A stretch of 64,000 nucleotides of DNA from Bacteroidales bacterium (lineage in GTDB: Bacteria > Bacteroidota > Bacteroidia > Bacteroidales > Marinilabiliaceae). Within the stretch, counting starts at the first letter, position 1, and the number at the start of each line of letters is the position of its first letter. The notes beneath the pieces were generated by a model. The model searched no databases and had not been told where the DNA came from. It worked only from the letters and a program-made list of their open reading frames with translations. Positions 1 to 10,346 of this stretch are shown piece by piece. The translations under genes were made by a program, and so were the position numbers. The stretch lies in the NCBI GenBank assembly GCA_024401355.1, contig JAKSLF010000006.1:27096-91095 (forward strand). The letters are read 5' to 3'.

Positions 1-763
1 GGGTGAATATATACTGCATGAACTTGGTGATGAGTTGATACATGATGGTGACGTACTGCTTGTGCAGGGAACGTGGTCGAACATTACGCGACTGACAAAG
101 GAGTCAATAAACTGGATTGTGCTGGGTCAGCCACAGAGTTTTGCGGCGAATGTGACGTTGGATTATAAAGCTCCGCTTGTTGGATTCATCATGATAGCGA
201 TGGTTGCAGCGATGGTGTTTGACTTTATTCCAATAGCTCCGGTGACGGCTGTGATAGCGGCTGCTCTGATAATGGTGTTGACGGGTTGCTTCAGGAACGT
301 GTCGGCAGCATACAAGACGATAAACTGGGAGAGTATAATGCTGATAGGTGGCATGATGCCTATGTCGATAGCGTTGGAGAAGACAGGAACGAGCCAGATG
401 ATATCGGAGGCGCTTGTGGGTTCGTTAGGAAGCATGGGTCCGATGGCTTTGATGGCGGGAATATATCTGACCACATCGTTGATGACGATGTTTATCTCGA
501 ATACGGCGACAGCGGTGCTTTTGGCTCCGATAGCCTTGCAGAGTGCTCAGCAGCTTGGAGTTGGTCCTGAGCCATTCTTGTTTGCGGTGAGCATTGGTGC
601 GTCGATGTGTTTTGCATCGCCATTCTCGACACCGCCTAATGCACTCGTGATGCCGGCGGGTCAGTATACATTTATGGACTACATAAAAGTGGGTCTGCCA
701 CTTCAGGTGATAATGGGTATTGTGATGGTGCTGATATTGCCTCTGATATTCCCATTCTCGTAG
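1..763 (+). CDS. SLC13/DASS-family permease, C-terminal part (5' end outside the window), with the end of a TrkA-C domain
   Basis: The frame is open from nt 2 to the stop at 761-763, so the listed TTG at 35 is internal. A GDVLLVQG TrkA-C-like segment is followed by several hydrophobic helices and SNTATA / PFSTPPN hairpin-like motifs. Confidence 0.75.
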   Translation, partial: GEYILHELGDELIHDGDVLLVQGTWSNITRLTKESINWIVLGQPQSFAANVTLDYKAPLVGFIMIAMVAAMVFDFIPIAPVTAVIAAALIMVLTGCFRNVSAAYKTINWESIMLIGGMMPMSIALEKTGTSQMISEALVGSLGSMGPMALMAGIYLTTSLMTMFISNTATAVLLAPIALQSAQQLGVGPEPFLFAVSIGASMCFASPFSTPPNALVMPAGQYTFMDYIKVGLPLQVIMGIVMVLILPLIFPFS

Positions 764-823
764 AGTGTAGATGGACGGGATTAAAAACGATAATATTAAA
801 CACACTTATAAAAAGTTAGAATC

Positions 824-1201
824 ATGGTAAAAGTAATAGCTACAAAAGAAGCTCCTGCAGCAGTAGGAACATACAGCCAGGCAATTAGTGCAAATGGAAT
901 GTTGTTTGTGAGTGGTCAGTTGGGTTTGAATCCTCAGACTGGTGCATTTGCTGGTGAGGACTTCAAGAGTCAGGCAGAGCAGTCGTTGAAGAATATCGGT
1001 GCGATATTGAAGTCGGAAGGTCTGACATTTGCGAATGTTGTGAAAGTGTCGGTGTTCCTCGATAATATAAATGACTTTGCGGCACTTAATGAAGTATATG
1101 CCAAGTATTTTGTAGAGCCATATCCAGCACGTTCGGCAGTAGCAGTAAAGTCGCTTCCGAAAGGTGGATTGGTAGAGATAGAAGTGATTGCGGCATACTA
1201 A
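824..1201 (+). CDS. ridA: RidA/YjgF-family reactive-intermediate deaminase
   Basis: 125 aa. It shows the typical APAAVGTYSQA...GQLG...PARSAVAV..LP.GGLVEIE pattern of YjgF/UK114 proteins. Confidence 0.9.
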   Translation: MVKVIATKEAPAAVGTYSQAISANGMLFVSGQLGLNPQTGAFAGEDFKSQAEQSLKNIGAILKSEGLTFANVVKVSVFLDNINDFAALNEVYAKYFVEPYPARSAVAVKSLPKGGLVEIEVIAAY

Positions 1202-1221
1202 CATAGAAAAACAGGAACCGG

Positions 1222-2088
1222 ATGTCGGAGAAGACGAAGATAGATTGTGGACTCGTGCTTGAGGGTGGTGGTATGCGAGGCATATATACCGCAGGAGTGC
1301 TTGATGCGTGGATGGACTATGATGTGTGGTTCAGCTATGTGATAGGTACGTCGGCAGGTGCGACGTCGGGCATAAGTTATCTGTCGAGACAGAAGGGAAG
1401 AACGCGATTTTGTGACGTTGATCTGCTGAAGATACACAACTACATAAACATGCGCTCGTTTATAGCTGGGCGAGGGATAATCGACATGGATTATCTGTTC
1501 AAGACATTCCCGGACGACATATATCCGTTTGACTTTGCTGCGTACAAGGAGAGTGGAGCCAGAGCGATAATGGTAGCGAGTGATGCGGAGACAGGTAAAG
1601 CTGTGTACTTGGAGAACTATGACGACATAGAGAAATTCACAAAGATGGCGAGAGCATCGTGCAGTCTGCCGATAATGTGTCCGATGGGCAATGTAGAAGG
1701 GAGATGGATGGTGGATGGTGGAGTTTCGGACTCGATACCGTTTGAGAAAGCTCTTGCAGACGGGTGTGAGCGAGTTGTTGTAGTGCTGACAAAAGAAGTG
1801 GGATACAGGAAAGAGGCAGGAGTGAAGAAATTGCCATCGTTTATATATAGAAAATATCCGGCATTGCGTGATGCTTTAAGCAGACGTAATGATGAATATA
1901 ATGCTCAGCTTGACCGACTGGAAAAAGCTGTGCGTGACGGGCGTGCCATGGTGATACAGCCACAGGATGGATGTGGAGTTGGAAGAACGACAGATGACAT
2001 TGCCAAGTTGGATGCCTTGTATGACCATGGATATGGCATGGCTATAGAAAACATAGAAAAAGTGCGTGACTTTGCGTTGGGGAGATGA
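1222..2088 (+). CDS. Patatin-like phospholipase
   Basis: It has a GGGMRG oxyanion loop, a GTSAG nucleophile elbow (GxSxG) and a DGG catalytic Asp motif (WMVDGGVSD). Confidence 0.85.
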   Translation: MSEKTKIDCGLVLEGGGMRGIYTAGVLDAWMDYDVWFSYVIGTSAGATSGISYLSRQKGRTRFCDVDLLKIHNYINMRSFIAGRGIIDMDYLFKTFPDDIYPFDFAAYKESGARAIMVASDAETGKAVYLENYDDIEKFTKMARASCSLPIMCPMGNVEGRWMVDGGVSDSIPFEKALADGCERVVVVLTKEVGYRKEAGVKKLPSFIYRKYPALRDALSRRNDEYNAQLDRLEKAVRDGRAMVIQPQDGCGVGRTTDDIAKLDALYDHGYGMAIENIEKVRDFALGR

Positions 2089-5000
2089 GGATGGAAAACA
2101 AGACGATAGACATATATAGTGCTTCGGCGGGATCGGGAAAGACGTATACGATAGCTATGCGTTTTATAGACATGCTGGTGGACAATCCTCACAACTATCA
2201 GCATATCCTTGCTGTGACCTTTACGAACAAGGCGACAGCGGAGATGAAGGAACGAATAGTGTCGGACCTGTTTGCCATAACATATAAAGGTGATGACATA
2301 AAGCTGAACAAAAAGAAGCATGAACTTATAGAGCGTCAGAATCAATGCAGGGCGAAGACGGGGAAGCCTGAAATGGCAGCAGAAGAGATTGAGAAACGAT
2401 GCAAGACAGCGCTCAGCCTGATGCTCAACGACTATGGTCAGTTTAGTGTGTCGACAATAGATAGTTTTGTTCAGCGAGTGATAAGAGCCTTTGCCTTTGA
2501 AGCGGGATTGTCATCGAACTATGGAGTGGAGCTGGATAGTGACATGGTGCTGAGCGAGTCGATGGACATGCTGATGAAAGACTTGGGAACGGACGAAGAC
2601 TTGAAGAAATGGGTGTTGGAATTTGTTCACTCGACGATGGAGGAAGACGGAAAGTGGAATGTAGAGGGAAGAATAGGTGGCCTGGCCAAGATGATAATGA
2701 CCGACGAAGGACGAAACTTTGTCAATGAATTGTCGGGCAGAGACAGAAAAGACATCGAGAGTCTGAAAAACGAAACAGCTGTCATCATGAAGCAGGTGAA
2801 GCAGGACTTGGTAAGTGCTGTGGCAATGGCGAAGAGAGATAGCGAGCGGTTCATGGATTCGGTGAAGGGAGTATTTAAAAGCATAATAGAGAACTACGAT
2901 AAAGACGATGGTAAGGGAGATGCGTTGGTGAAGTACGCCTTGATGGACGATACGGCCCAAGATCGACTTGAGAAAATAGTGGAGCTGAGTACTGACCCAA
3001 GTGGAATGATAAAAAAGACGGGAAAGAATCCACCGAGTGAAGAAGAAGCGTTGAAAGCTGCGATGCCGATATGCAGATTTGTTGAGAATGATGGATTCAA
3101 GCGTTATCATACAGCAAGACTTATCAGACGTCAGATATATGTCATAGGCATCATGGCGGACATCGCCCGAAAGATATCAGAATGGGCGAAAGAACATAAC
3201 GTCATGCCAATGTCGGATAGTAATGAATTGCTGAGAGCATTGGTAGGAAATACTGATGTTCCATTCATATATGAGAAGATAGGTTCGCGCTATAACAATA
3301 TAATGATAGATGAATTTCAGGACACGTCGAAGACGCAGTGGGGCAACTTCCGTCCGCTGGTCAAGAACAGTACGGACCTGAATTCGAAAAGCATGTTGGT
3401 GGGAGACACCAAGCAGGCTATATACAGATGGCGAAATACGGACTGGCACATATTGGCAAACATGGACGACCAGGAAGCAGAGCCAGAATTGTCGTCGGCA
3501 GTAAACAAAGTGCCGCTAGACACCAATTGGCGAAGTCTGGCGAATGTGATACGCTTTAATAATGCCATATTTTCGGGCATGAAAAAGTGTGTAGGCAGTT
3601 ATCTGGGAGGTTTGAGGAAATCTGAGGAGATGGATGGTGACGTCAAATCGGTGTATGGCAACTTTTACCAGAAGATAGCGTCTAAAAACTTGGACAAAGG
3701 TGGTTTCGCTCAATTGCGACTATTTAGGGATATAGAAGTTGAAAAGACAGACAGCAAGGGGAAGAAGGTGACGAAGCAGAATAAAGTGGACATCAAGCCG
3801 TATACATTGACAGATATGGTTGGTGTGATAGAGATGCTGCATAGGGAAAAGGGATACAAATATGGTGAGATGTGTGTGCTTGTCAGGAAGAATAAAGAAG
3901 GTGGGCGAGTGATAGATGCGTTGTCGAGTGCTGGCATAGCATCAGTGTCGACAGATTCGCTGTCGTTGATGAGTTCGCCGGTGATATGTGGAATCATGTC
4001 GGCATTGAAGTATATCTCAGACCCATACGACAAGTCATCGTTGATATCATTGTTGGCAGTAGTAGACCGCAAGGGGAAAAGCATAAACGAGTATTGGCAT
4101 AGTGAGGAAGTAGACGTAGACTATCAGATGTCGCTGAGCACGAGATTGAAATCATTGTCGGGAATGGGACTTCTGGAGATGGTGGAGATGATAGTGTCGG
4201 AATTTATACGTCAGGACCTTGTTGATACGGACTTTATATTTGTAGAAGCCTTGCTTGACAAAGTGAGGAGTTATATAACGAAATATCACGTCAACTTGTC
4301 GGACTTCATAGAGTATATGGATAAGGCAGGTGGTGGTTTGTCGGTTGTGGCTCCAGAGAACGATAACGCTGTAAACGTGATGTCGATTCACAAATCGAAA
4401 GGTTTGGAATTCAAAGTTATATTGATGCCATTTGCGGATTGGGAGATAGTGGACAGCCGAAAGAGTTCGATGGTATGGGCGTCGACAGATATGATACCAG
4501 ACCAAGGACTGAAAACATTGAAGCGAGTGCCAGTTGCTGGGTCGTCGGAATTGTCGAAGACATATTTTGACGGTGACTATATAGATGAGCAATGTCTGCT
4601 GAACATAGATAGCCTAAATCTTCAATATGTGGCCCAGACAAGAGCCAAAGGTGTGCTGGTGATGTGGGGCAAGATGTCGCATGAGAACAAGAGTAACACA
4701 CCCGTGGACTATATATGCTCATTGCTAGGATTTGAGAAAGAAGAGAGTCTGAGTGGTCAGAAAGAAGTTGAGCTTACGACAGAATGGGAGGAAGACGGAG
4801 TTGTGAAAACGGAAAAAGTGACACTCAGCAAATCATGGAACAGGTATAGGTTGACGGAAGAAGGGTCAGAAGCAGAAATAGTGACAACAAACGATGAAAG
4901 TGCAGCATCGGAAGAGGGAGATGAAAGTGAAGAGTCGAAGATTGTGGAACTGTATAGATATACCTTGGGCGAGATACCAGACTCGAAAGTAATGGATGAA

Positions 5001-5552
5001 AAAGAAGCTGGTGAGTCGGGTAGCGGAACGCATTCGGAAGTGATAAAGAAATATAAGATACACAAGTGGCAGAGCGTCAAAGTCAACGTGCCAGTAGAGA
5101 AAGAAGACGACAGTAGTGCGAGAGGAACAATGTGGCATGACGTGATGGCTAGTGTGATGACAAAGGATGACATTGAGAGTGCCTTTGCCAATGCAGTATC
5201 GGACGGAGAAGTGACAGAAAAGGAATCAAAACAGATGAGTAGTTACATACTCAGAGAGATAGAAACGACAAAAGCCAAAGAGTGGTTTGATGTAGCTTCA
5301 GATAGCATATACAATGAATTGTCGCTGATAGACAAAGCATGTATGAAACGTCCGGACAGGGTAGTGATAGATTCGATGAATCGAGTGACAGTAGTAGACT
5401 ATAAGTTTGGTGAAGCGAAAAAGGCACATCAGAGGCAAGTAGAAAAATATATAGAACTATTGAAGAAGGCAGGCTATACAGATGTGCATGGTTATCTGTG
5501 GTATTTGGATGAGTCGGCAATGAATAGTTCGGAGATAAAAGAAGTAGAATAA
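2085..5552 (+). CDS. UvrD-family helicase fused to a PD-(D/E)XK nuclease (AddA/RecB-like)
   Basis: 1155 aa with Walker A ASAGSGKTYT, motif II IDEFQDTS and a C-terminal nuclease motif (RPDRVVID...VVDYKFG). The start at 2085 overlaps the patatin stop (ATGA). An alternative ATG lies at 2091. Confidence 0.85.
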   Translation: MRMENKTIDIYSASAGSGKTYTIAMRFIDMLVDNPHNYQHILAVTFTNKATAEMKERIVSDLFAITYKGDDIKLNKKKHELIERQNQCRAKTGKPEMAAEEIEKRCKTALSLMLNDYGQFSVSTIDSFVQRVIRAFAFEAGLSSNYGVELDSDMVLSESMDMLMKDLGTDEDLKKWVLEFVHSTMEEDGKWNVEGRIGGLAKMIMTDEGRNFVNELSGRDRKDIESLKNETAVIMKQVKQDLVSAVAMAKRDSERFMDSVKGVFKSIIENYDKDDGKGDALVKYALMDDTAQDRLEKIVELSTDPSGMIKKTGKNPPSEEEALKAAMPICRFVENDGFKRYHTARLIRRQIYVIGIMADIARKISEWAKEHNVMPMSDSNELLRALVGNTDVPFIYEKIGSRYNNIMIDEFQDTSKTQWGNFRPLVKNSTDLNSKSMLVGDTKQAIYRWRNTDWHILANMDDQEAEPELSSAVNKVPLDTNWRSLANVIRFNNAIFSGMKKCVGSYLGGLRKSEEMDGDVKSVYGNFYQKIASKNLDKGGFAQLRLFRDIEVEKTDSKGKKVTKQNKVDIKPYTLTDMVGVIEMLHREKGYKYGEMCVLVRKNKEGGRVIDALSSAGIASVSTDSLSLMSSPVICGIMSALKYISDPYDKSSLISLLAVVDRKGKSINEYWHSEEVDVDYQMSLSTRLKSLSGMGLLEMVEMIVSEFIRQDLVDTDFIFVEALLDKVRSYITKYHVNLSDFIEYMDKAGGGLSVVAPENDNAVNVMSIHKSKGLEFKVILMPFADWEIVDSRKSSMVWASTDMIPDQGLKTLKRVPVAGSSELSKTYFDGDYIDEQCLLNIDSLNLQYVAQTRAKGVLVMWGKMSHENKSNTPVDYICSLLGFEKEESLSGQKEVELTTEWEEDGVVKTEKVTLSKSWNRYRLTEEGSEAEIVTTNDESAASEEGDESEESKIVELYRYTLGEIPDSKVMDEKEAGESGSGTHSEVIKKYKIHKWQSVKVNVPVEKEDDSSARGTMWHDVMASVMTKDDIESAFANAVSDGEVTEKESKQMSSYILREIETTKAKEWFDVASDSIYNELSLIDKACMKRPDRVVIDSMNRVTVVDYKFGEAKKAHQRQVEKYIELLKKAGYTDVHGYLWYLDESAMNSSEIKEVE

Positions 5553-5582
5553 AAAAAGCGAAGTCGCGACAGACATAAAGAT

Positions 5583-6533
5583 ATGGAAAGGACATTTGAC
5601 AAAGAGATACATCTTGCTCCGCTTCAAGGTTTCACGGATACGACATTCCGTCGCCTTTTTGCGGAATACTATGGTGGAGTAGATTATTGCTACACGCCAT
5701 TTATACGCATAGAGAGAGGAGAAATAAGAAGGCGTGACATAAAGGAATTGGAAGCTGATGAACTGGAAAATCTTGTTCCACAGATATTGCCAGCGAATGG
5801 CGAAGAAGTGAAGATATTGAGTGAAGAAATAGTCGCTCATGGATACAAGAGGATAGATATCAACATGGGTTGTCCATTCCCACCGATAGCAGCGCATGGC
5901 AAGGGATGTGTACTATTTAATTATCCTGAAAGAATAGAAGATATATTGAAGACAGCGGCGGAGTTGTCTGATATAGAATATTCAATCAAGATACGATTGG
6001 GGTTTGCCGACTGTTCGCAATGGAAAGAAGTGATAGATGTGATAAATGAAACGCCATTGCGCCATGTTGCAGTACACCCAAGGTATGGCAAGCAGCAATA
6101 TAAAGGAGAGTGTGACAAAGACGCATTCGGTGAGTTTATGGAAGCATCGAAGCATAAAGTCATATACAATGGCGAATTGAAAACCGTTGATGATGTAGAT
6201 GACATAGTAAAGCAGTTCCCTCAAGTGGCGGGCGTAATGCTTGGCCGTGGAATATTGGCAGACATGTCATTGGCAAGGGAATTGCGTGGCGGACAGAAAC
6301 TGGACACGAACAACTTCCGCAGATATCATGCAGAATTGGCAGATACTCATGCACAGAAAATGAGTGGAGATAATCAGGTGTTGGGTAAGCTAAAACCATA
6401 TTGGGAATATCTGTATCCAGAAGCTCCACACAGATTGCACAAGAACATTCAGAAAGCCAAGTCGTTGGACTTGTATTTGGCAGCGGTGTCAGCACTTCTT
6501 CATGCAGTAGATCATCCATCGTCAAATGAATAG
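5583..6533 (+). CDS. tRNA-dihydrouridine synthase family protein
   Basis: TIM-barrel Dus pattern, with LAPLQGFTD at the N-terminus and the INMGCP catalytic-Cys motif. Confidence 0.8.
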   Translation: MERTFDKEIHLAPLQGFTDTTFRRLFAEYYGGVDYCYTPFIRIERGEIRRRDIKELEADELENLVPQILPANGEEVKILSEEIVAHGYKRIDINMGCPFPPIAAHGKGCVLFNYPERIEDILKTAAELSDIEYSIKIRLGFADCSQWKEVIDVINETPLRHVAVHPRYGKQQYKGECDKDAFGEFMEASKHKVIYNGELKTVDDVDDIVKQFPQVAGVMLGRGILADMSLARELRGGQKLDTNNFRRYHAELADTHAQKMSGDNQVLGKLKPYWEYLYPEAPHRLHKNIQKAKSLDLYLAAVSALLHAVDHPSSNE

Positions 6534-6577
6534 GATAGTAGAACAGCAGAAATAGAGAAACAAAAAATAGATGAAAG

Positions 6578-7474
6578 ATGCATAAGGCAGGATTTGTAAA
6601 TATAGTAGGAAACCCTAATGTTGGAAAATCAACCCTTTCCAACCTTCTTGTTGGTGAGAGACTGTCAATCATAACCTCAAAAGCCCAGACTACACGTCAC
6701 AGAATATTTGGAATAGTTAATGGGGAAGATGCGGAAGGCAATGGATATCAGATAGTGTTTTCGGATACGCCAGGAGTATTGAAGCCTAACTACAAATTGC
6801 AGGAGTCGATGCTTAACTATTCGCTGGAAGCACTTCAGGATGCCGACGTACTTTTGTATGTTACAGATACAGTAGAGACTCCAGACAAGCATAGCGAGTT
6901 CCTTCAGAAAGTGGAGAAAGTGAAATGTCCGGTCATAGTGATAATAAACAAGATAGACCTCATAGACCAGAAGCAGTTGGAGGAGAAGGTAGAGTACTGG
7001 CATACGCAAGTGCCTTCGGCAGAGATAGTGCCTGTTTCGGCAATGCATGGCTTCAATGTTAACGGGATAATAGAGCATATCGTATCGTTGTTGCCAGAGG
7101 CTGATCCATTCTATGACAAGGAACAGCTCACGGACAAACCTACGCGATTCTTCGTCAATGAGATAATACGTGAGAAGATACTTCTATATTATAAGAAAGA
7201 GATTCCGTATTCCGTCGAAGTGGAAGTTGAGGAATTTGTAGAGCAGGAGGACCGAGTAGATATTCGTGCGGTGATTCATGTGGCACGAGATTCTCAGAAA
7301 GGCATTATCATAGGACATCAGGGCGTTGCAATCAAGAAGTTGGGTATGCTTGCCCGTCGAGACATCGAGAGATTCCTTGACAAGAAAGTCTTCCTATCAT
7401 TGTATGTGAAAGTGACCAAAGACTGGCGTGACAAGGAATTTAACTTGAAGCAGTTCGGGTATGATGTAAAATAA
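6578..7474 (+). CDS. era: GTPase Era
   Basis: G1 GNPNVGKST, G3 DTPG, G4 NKID and a C-terminal KH domain (HQGVAIKKLG). Confidence 0.92.
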   Translation: MHKAGFVNIVGNPNVGKSTLSNLLVGERLSIITSKAQTTRHRIFGIVNGEDAEGNGYQIVFSDTPGVLKPNYKLQESMLNYSLEALQDADVLLYVTDTVETPDKHSEFLQKVEKVKCPVIVIINKIDLIDQKQLEEKVEYWHTQVPSAEIVPVSAMHGFNVNGIIEHIVSLLPEADPFYDKEQLTDKPTRFFVNEIIREKILLYYKKEIPYSVEVEVEEFVEQEDRVDIRAVIHVARDSQKGIIIGHQGVAIKKLGMLARRDIERFLDKKVFLSLYVKVTKDWRDKEFNLKQFGYDVK

Positions 7475-7566
7475 TGCCTGAAGCCATACTGCTATAAACA
7501 TATTCGGTATAATCTTTGGATTTGTGAAAAAATGTGTTATATTTGTGATAACTAAATAGACTGAAT

Positions 7567-7995
7567 ATGGATGCGTATGTTGTTTGGCTAATCATAGCTA
7601 TCTTATTTGTCATCTTGGAGATATTTACTCCAGGATTTGCAGTGTTGTGTTTCGGTATAGGTGCTGTTGCTGCGTCGATAGTGTCGTGCTATGCAGGATT
7701 GAATGCACAGTTGTTGGCCATGGTCATCGGTACGGCATTGAGCTTTGTGCTTGTTCGTCCGTTTGTCCTTAAAGTTATGTCGAGGAAGGAGAAAGAGATG
7801 AAGACCAATGCAGATGCACTTATAGGCCGACGAGGCATAGTGTCGGAGACGATAGACGCGAGTCAGCATAGTGGACGAGTAGCCATCGATGGTGACGATT
7901 GGAAGGCAGTTTCGGAAGATGGTAGTCGTATCGAAGCAGGCCAAAGCGTAGAGATTGTAAACAGAGAAAGCTTAATAATAACCGTAAAAAGATAA
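7567..7995 (+). CDS. NfeD-family membrane protein
   Basis: Two N-terminal TM helices and a C-terminal OB-like segment (GRVAIDGDDWKA). It sits directly upstream of an SPFH gene, which is the classical NfeD-SPFH pairing. Confidence 0.8.
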   Translation: MDAYVVWLIIAILFVILEIFTPGFAVLCFGIGAVAASIVSCYAGLNAQLLAMVIGTALSFVLVRPFVLKVMSRKEKEMKTNADALIGRRGIVSETIDASQHSGRVAIDGDDWKAVSEDGSRIEAGQSVEIVNRESLIITVKR

Positions 7996-8000
7996 AGCGT

Positions 8001-8984
8001 ATGGCGTATGTACTAATAGCATTGGTGGGTTTGATATTCATCTATGTGATTAAAGGATTTAAGATAGTCTCTCAGTCGGAGACTATGATAGTCGAGCGAC
8101 TGGGCCGTTATGACCGAACATTGCCAGCTGGCATCAACATCATTCTGCCAATCATCGAGAGCACAAAGGAGACTGTTATGAGAAGTGCCAATGGTTCAAC
8201 AAGAATGAGTGCACATATCGACTTGCGCGAGCAGGTATTCGACTTTGACAAGCAGAGTGTCATCACCAAGGATAACGTCATGACGGAGATCAATGCGTTG
8301 ATATATTTCCAGATTGTCGACCCAGTCAAGTCGGTTTATGAAATCAAGAACCTGCCAATGGCGATCGAGAAGCTCACACAGACAACACTCCGTAACGTGG
8401 TAGGTGAACTGGAACTTGATGAGACATTGACATCGCGCGACACAATCAACACCAAGCTCCGTACTGTTCTCGACGAGGCAACAAACAAATGGGGCGTTAA
8501 GGTGAACCGCGTAGAGCTACAGGACATTACACCTCCCGACAGCATACGTTTCGCCATGGAGAAGCAGATGCAGGCCGAGCGAGACCGAAGAGCAGAGATA
8601 CTCAAGGCCGAAGGCGAAAAGCAGTCGGCTATATTGAAGTCGGAAGGCGAGAAATCATCAGAGATCAACGCAGCAGAGGCAGAACGTCAGGCCAAGATAC
8701 TCAAAGCTCAGGGTGAAGCAGAGGCTAAAGTGCTTGAAGCAGAGGCACAAGCCAAGGCACAGATAATGCAGGCAGAAGCAGAGGCCAAGGCATTGAAGAT
8801 GATTGCAGAGGCGGTAGCTTCACAGGGTGGTGACCCAGCTAATTACATGCTTGCAGTAAAGTATATCGACGGACTGAAGGAGATGGTAAGCGGCAAGGAC
8901 AACAAGACCGTCTACCTCCCTTATGAGGCGACAGGCGTATTGAGTTCACTCGGCGGCATAAAGGACATGTTCAAAGAGAAGTGA
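8001..8984 (+). CDS. SPFH/band-7 (stomatin/HflK/C-like) protein
   Basis: N-terminal TM helix, a PHB core (VITKDNV...YFQI.DP) and an A/E/K-rich coiled-coil tail. Confidence 0.88.
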   Translation: MAYVLIALVGLIFIYVIKGFKIVSQSETMIVERLGRYDRTLPAGINIILPIIESTKETVMRSANGSTRMSAHIDLREQVFDFDKQSVITKDNVMTEINALIYFQIVDPVKSVYEIKNLPMAIEKLTQTTLRNVVGELELDETLTSRDTINTKLRTVLDEATNKWGVKVNRVELQDITPPDSIRFAMEKQMQAERDRRAEILKAEGEKQSAILKSEGEKSSEINAAEAERQAKILKAQGEAEAKVLEAEAQAKAQIMQAEAEAKALKMIAEAVASQGGDPANYMLAVKYIDGLKEMVSGKDNKTVYLPYEATGVLSSLGGIKDMFKEK

Positions 8985-9004
8985 TTTGAACGATTAGGAT
9001 AACG

Positions 9005-9052
9005 CAGGGTGACAAGAGACGGAAACAGAACTTGCCACCCTGATTTTTTTTA
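9005..9052 (+). terminator. Rho-independent terminator after the NfeD-SPFH operon
   Basis: A 12-bp stem (9005-9016 / 9031-9042, one A-C mismatch) is followed by a T8 run. Confidence 0.6.
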
Positions 9053-9137
9053 AACATGGATTATGAATAAAGAATATGTGTCTCTATGATAAGTTATTTC
9101 CCTCTGCTTGTGTAAAGTGCTCTAAATAGAAGAGATT

Positions 9138-9473
9138 ATGATTGCGAAAATATTATTTGTTCTTATTCTAATATTTGTATTCGTGTTGGTATACAATCTT
9201 CCAGAAGCACACTTTGGATGGTGGCGACCAGTAATGCAGGCTCCACAAAAAGATGCAAATGGCGAGAAAAACAAAATGAACAGCATCGGATTTTGGGGCA
9301 AGTTGGTTGTTGCCATAGTATGGTATGCAGTTTTTCGTCTGTTTACGGCATTCGCCTTCAAATATTTCGGCATGTCATTCCCCAATTCCTCTGCATTAGG
9401 TTTCATTGTGGCATGTGTCATGTCTTTTGTGGTATATGGATGTTGGTTGGGAAAGAAAAACGGGAAAATCTGA
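9138..9473 (+). CDS. Hypothetical small membrane protein (about 3 TM)
   Basis: 111-aa ORF with three hydrophobic helices in AT-rich sequence. No recognisable family. Confidence 0.5.
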   Translation: MIAKILFVLILIFVFVLVYNLPEAHFGWWRPVMQAPQKDANGEKNKMNSIGFWGKLVVAIVWYAVFRLFTAFAFKYFGMSFPNSSALGFIVACVMSFVVYGCWLGKKNGKI

Positions 9474-9534
9474 GGACATGAGATACTCATTACATCATGC
9501 ACGATTCTTTTGACGACTTAAAATAGAGAGTTAT

Positions 9535-10296
9535 ATGGATAAATTACAATACAAGGGATATACATGTTTGCTTTCCCATTCGAAAAATTCGGAGAGATTG
9601 TGTGGTGTCATTTATGCTCCGGGGAAAACTGATGTCCCTATTGACGACGTTCAGATTGCCGGAAAGGATATAAACGAGATTAATGACATATTTGTCTCAA
9701 AAATAGACTTTTTGATTCACCAAGCAGACTTTCAGTCCAAACTTGAGAAATGGAAATCAGAAATAGATTATCTTTCTGTAGCTGCTGTGATGAACATTCT
9801 TCCTGATGTTTTCGAAAGACGGATAAAGAATGGCGAATTCGACAACAGTCTATTGCAAGGTGTCGTCGGCCACGATTATGTTGTCCCTCTATATTATGTC
9901 ACGAAAGCATGGGACTTGATCATGAGGATGTCAACTGATGATGGATTGTTTTATCTGTCTATATCTGATTCAGATAATGAAGACCCGGATTTTAATTATA
10001 GAACAAGACTGCAGGCTATTGAAGAAAATGAAAGAATGAAGACTCTATGGAAATGTTATTTCAATATTGATATAGATGCTCTAGAGGTCGATTTTCTGCA
10101 ATATAATATGCATATGCCACCTAATGTCTCTGAACATGATAGCTGGATATACTTTTGCGATTCTCCCAATGGAATGGACGAATGGATAACTGATTTCGTG
10201 TTTTTCCCATCTGAGGACTGGATTTTACATGATGCAGTTTCTTCGCTAATGGAGTTGGCTGCAATGGTAACCCAAGACAATGATTTCGGTAAATGA
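9535..10296 (+). CDS. Hypothetical protein with a HicB-antitoxin-like N-terminus, a possible excisionase-type HTH and an acidic C-terminal domain
   Basis: N-terminal YKGY...CGVI...AGKDINEINDIFVSKIDFLI resembles the HicB pattern YKGY..G.V..EG.s..EL...F...vDdYL. LSVAAVMNILPDVFERRIKNGEF weakly resembles an HTH_17-type helix-turn-helix. The last 120 aa or so are D/E-rich with no match I recognise. Confidence 0.55.
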   Translation: MDKLQYKGYTCLLSHSKNSERLCGVIYAPGKTDVPIDDVQIAGKDINEINDIFVSKIDFLIHQADFQSKLEKWKSEIDYLSVAAVMNILPDVFERRIKNGEFDNSLLQGVVGHDYVVPLYYVTKAWDLIMRMSTDDGLFYLSISDSDNEDPDFNYRTRLQAIEENERMKTLWKCYFNIDIDALEVDFLQYNMHMPPNVSEHDSWIYFCDSPNGMDEWITDFVFFPSEDWILHDAVSSLMELAAMVTQDNDFGK

Positions 10297-10346
10297 TTTT
10301 TACCAGTATTATGTTCCGTTACAATTAAGTATAAACTATATACATC

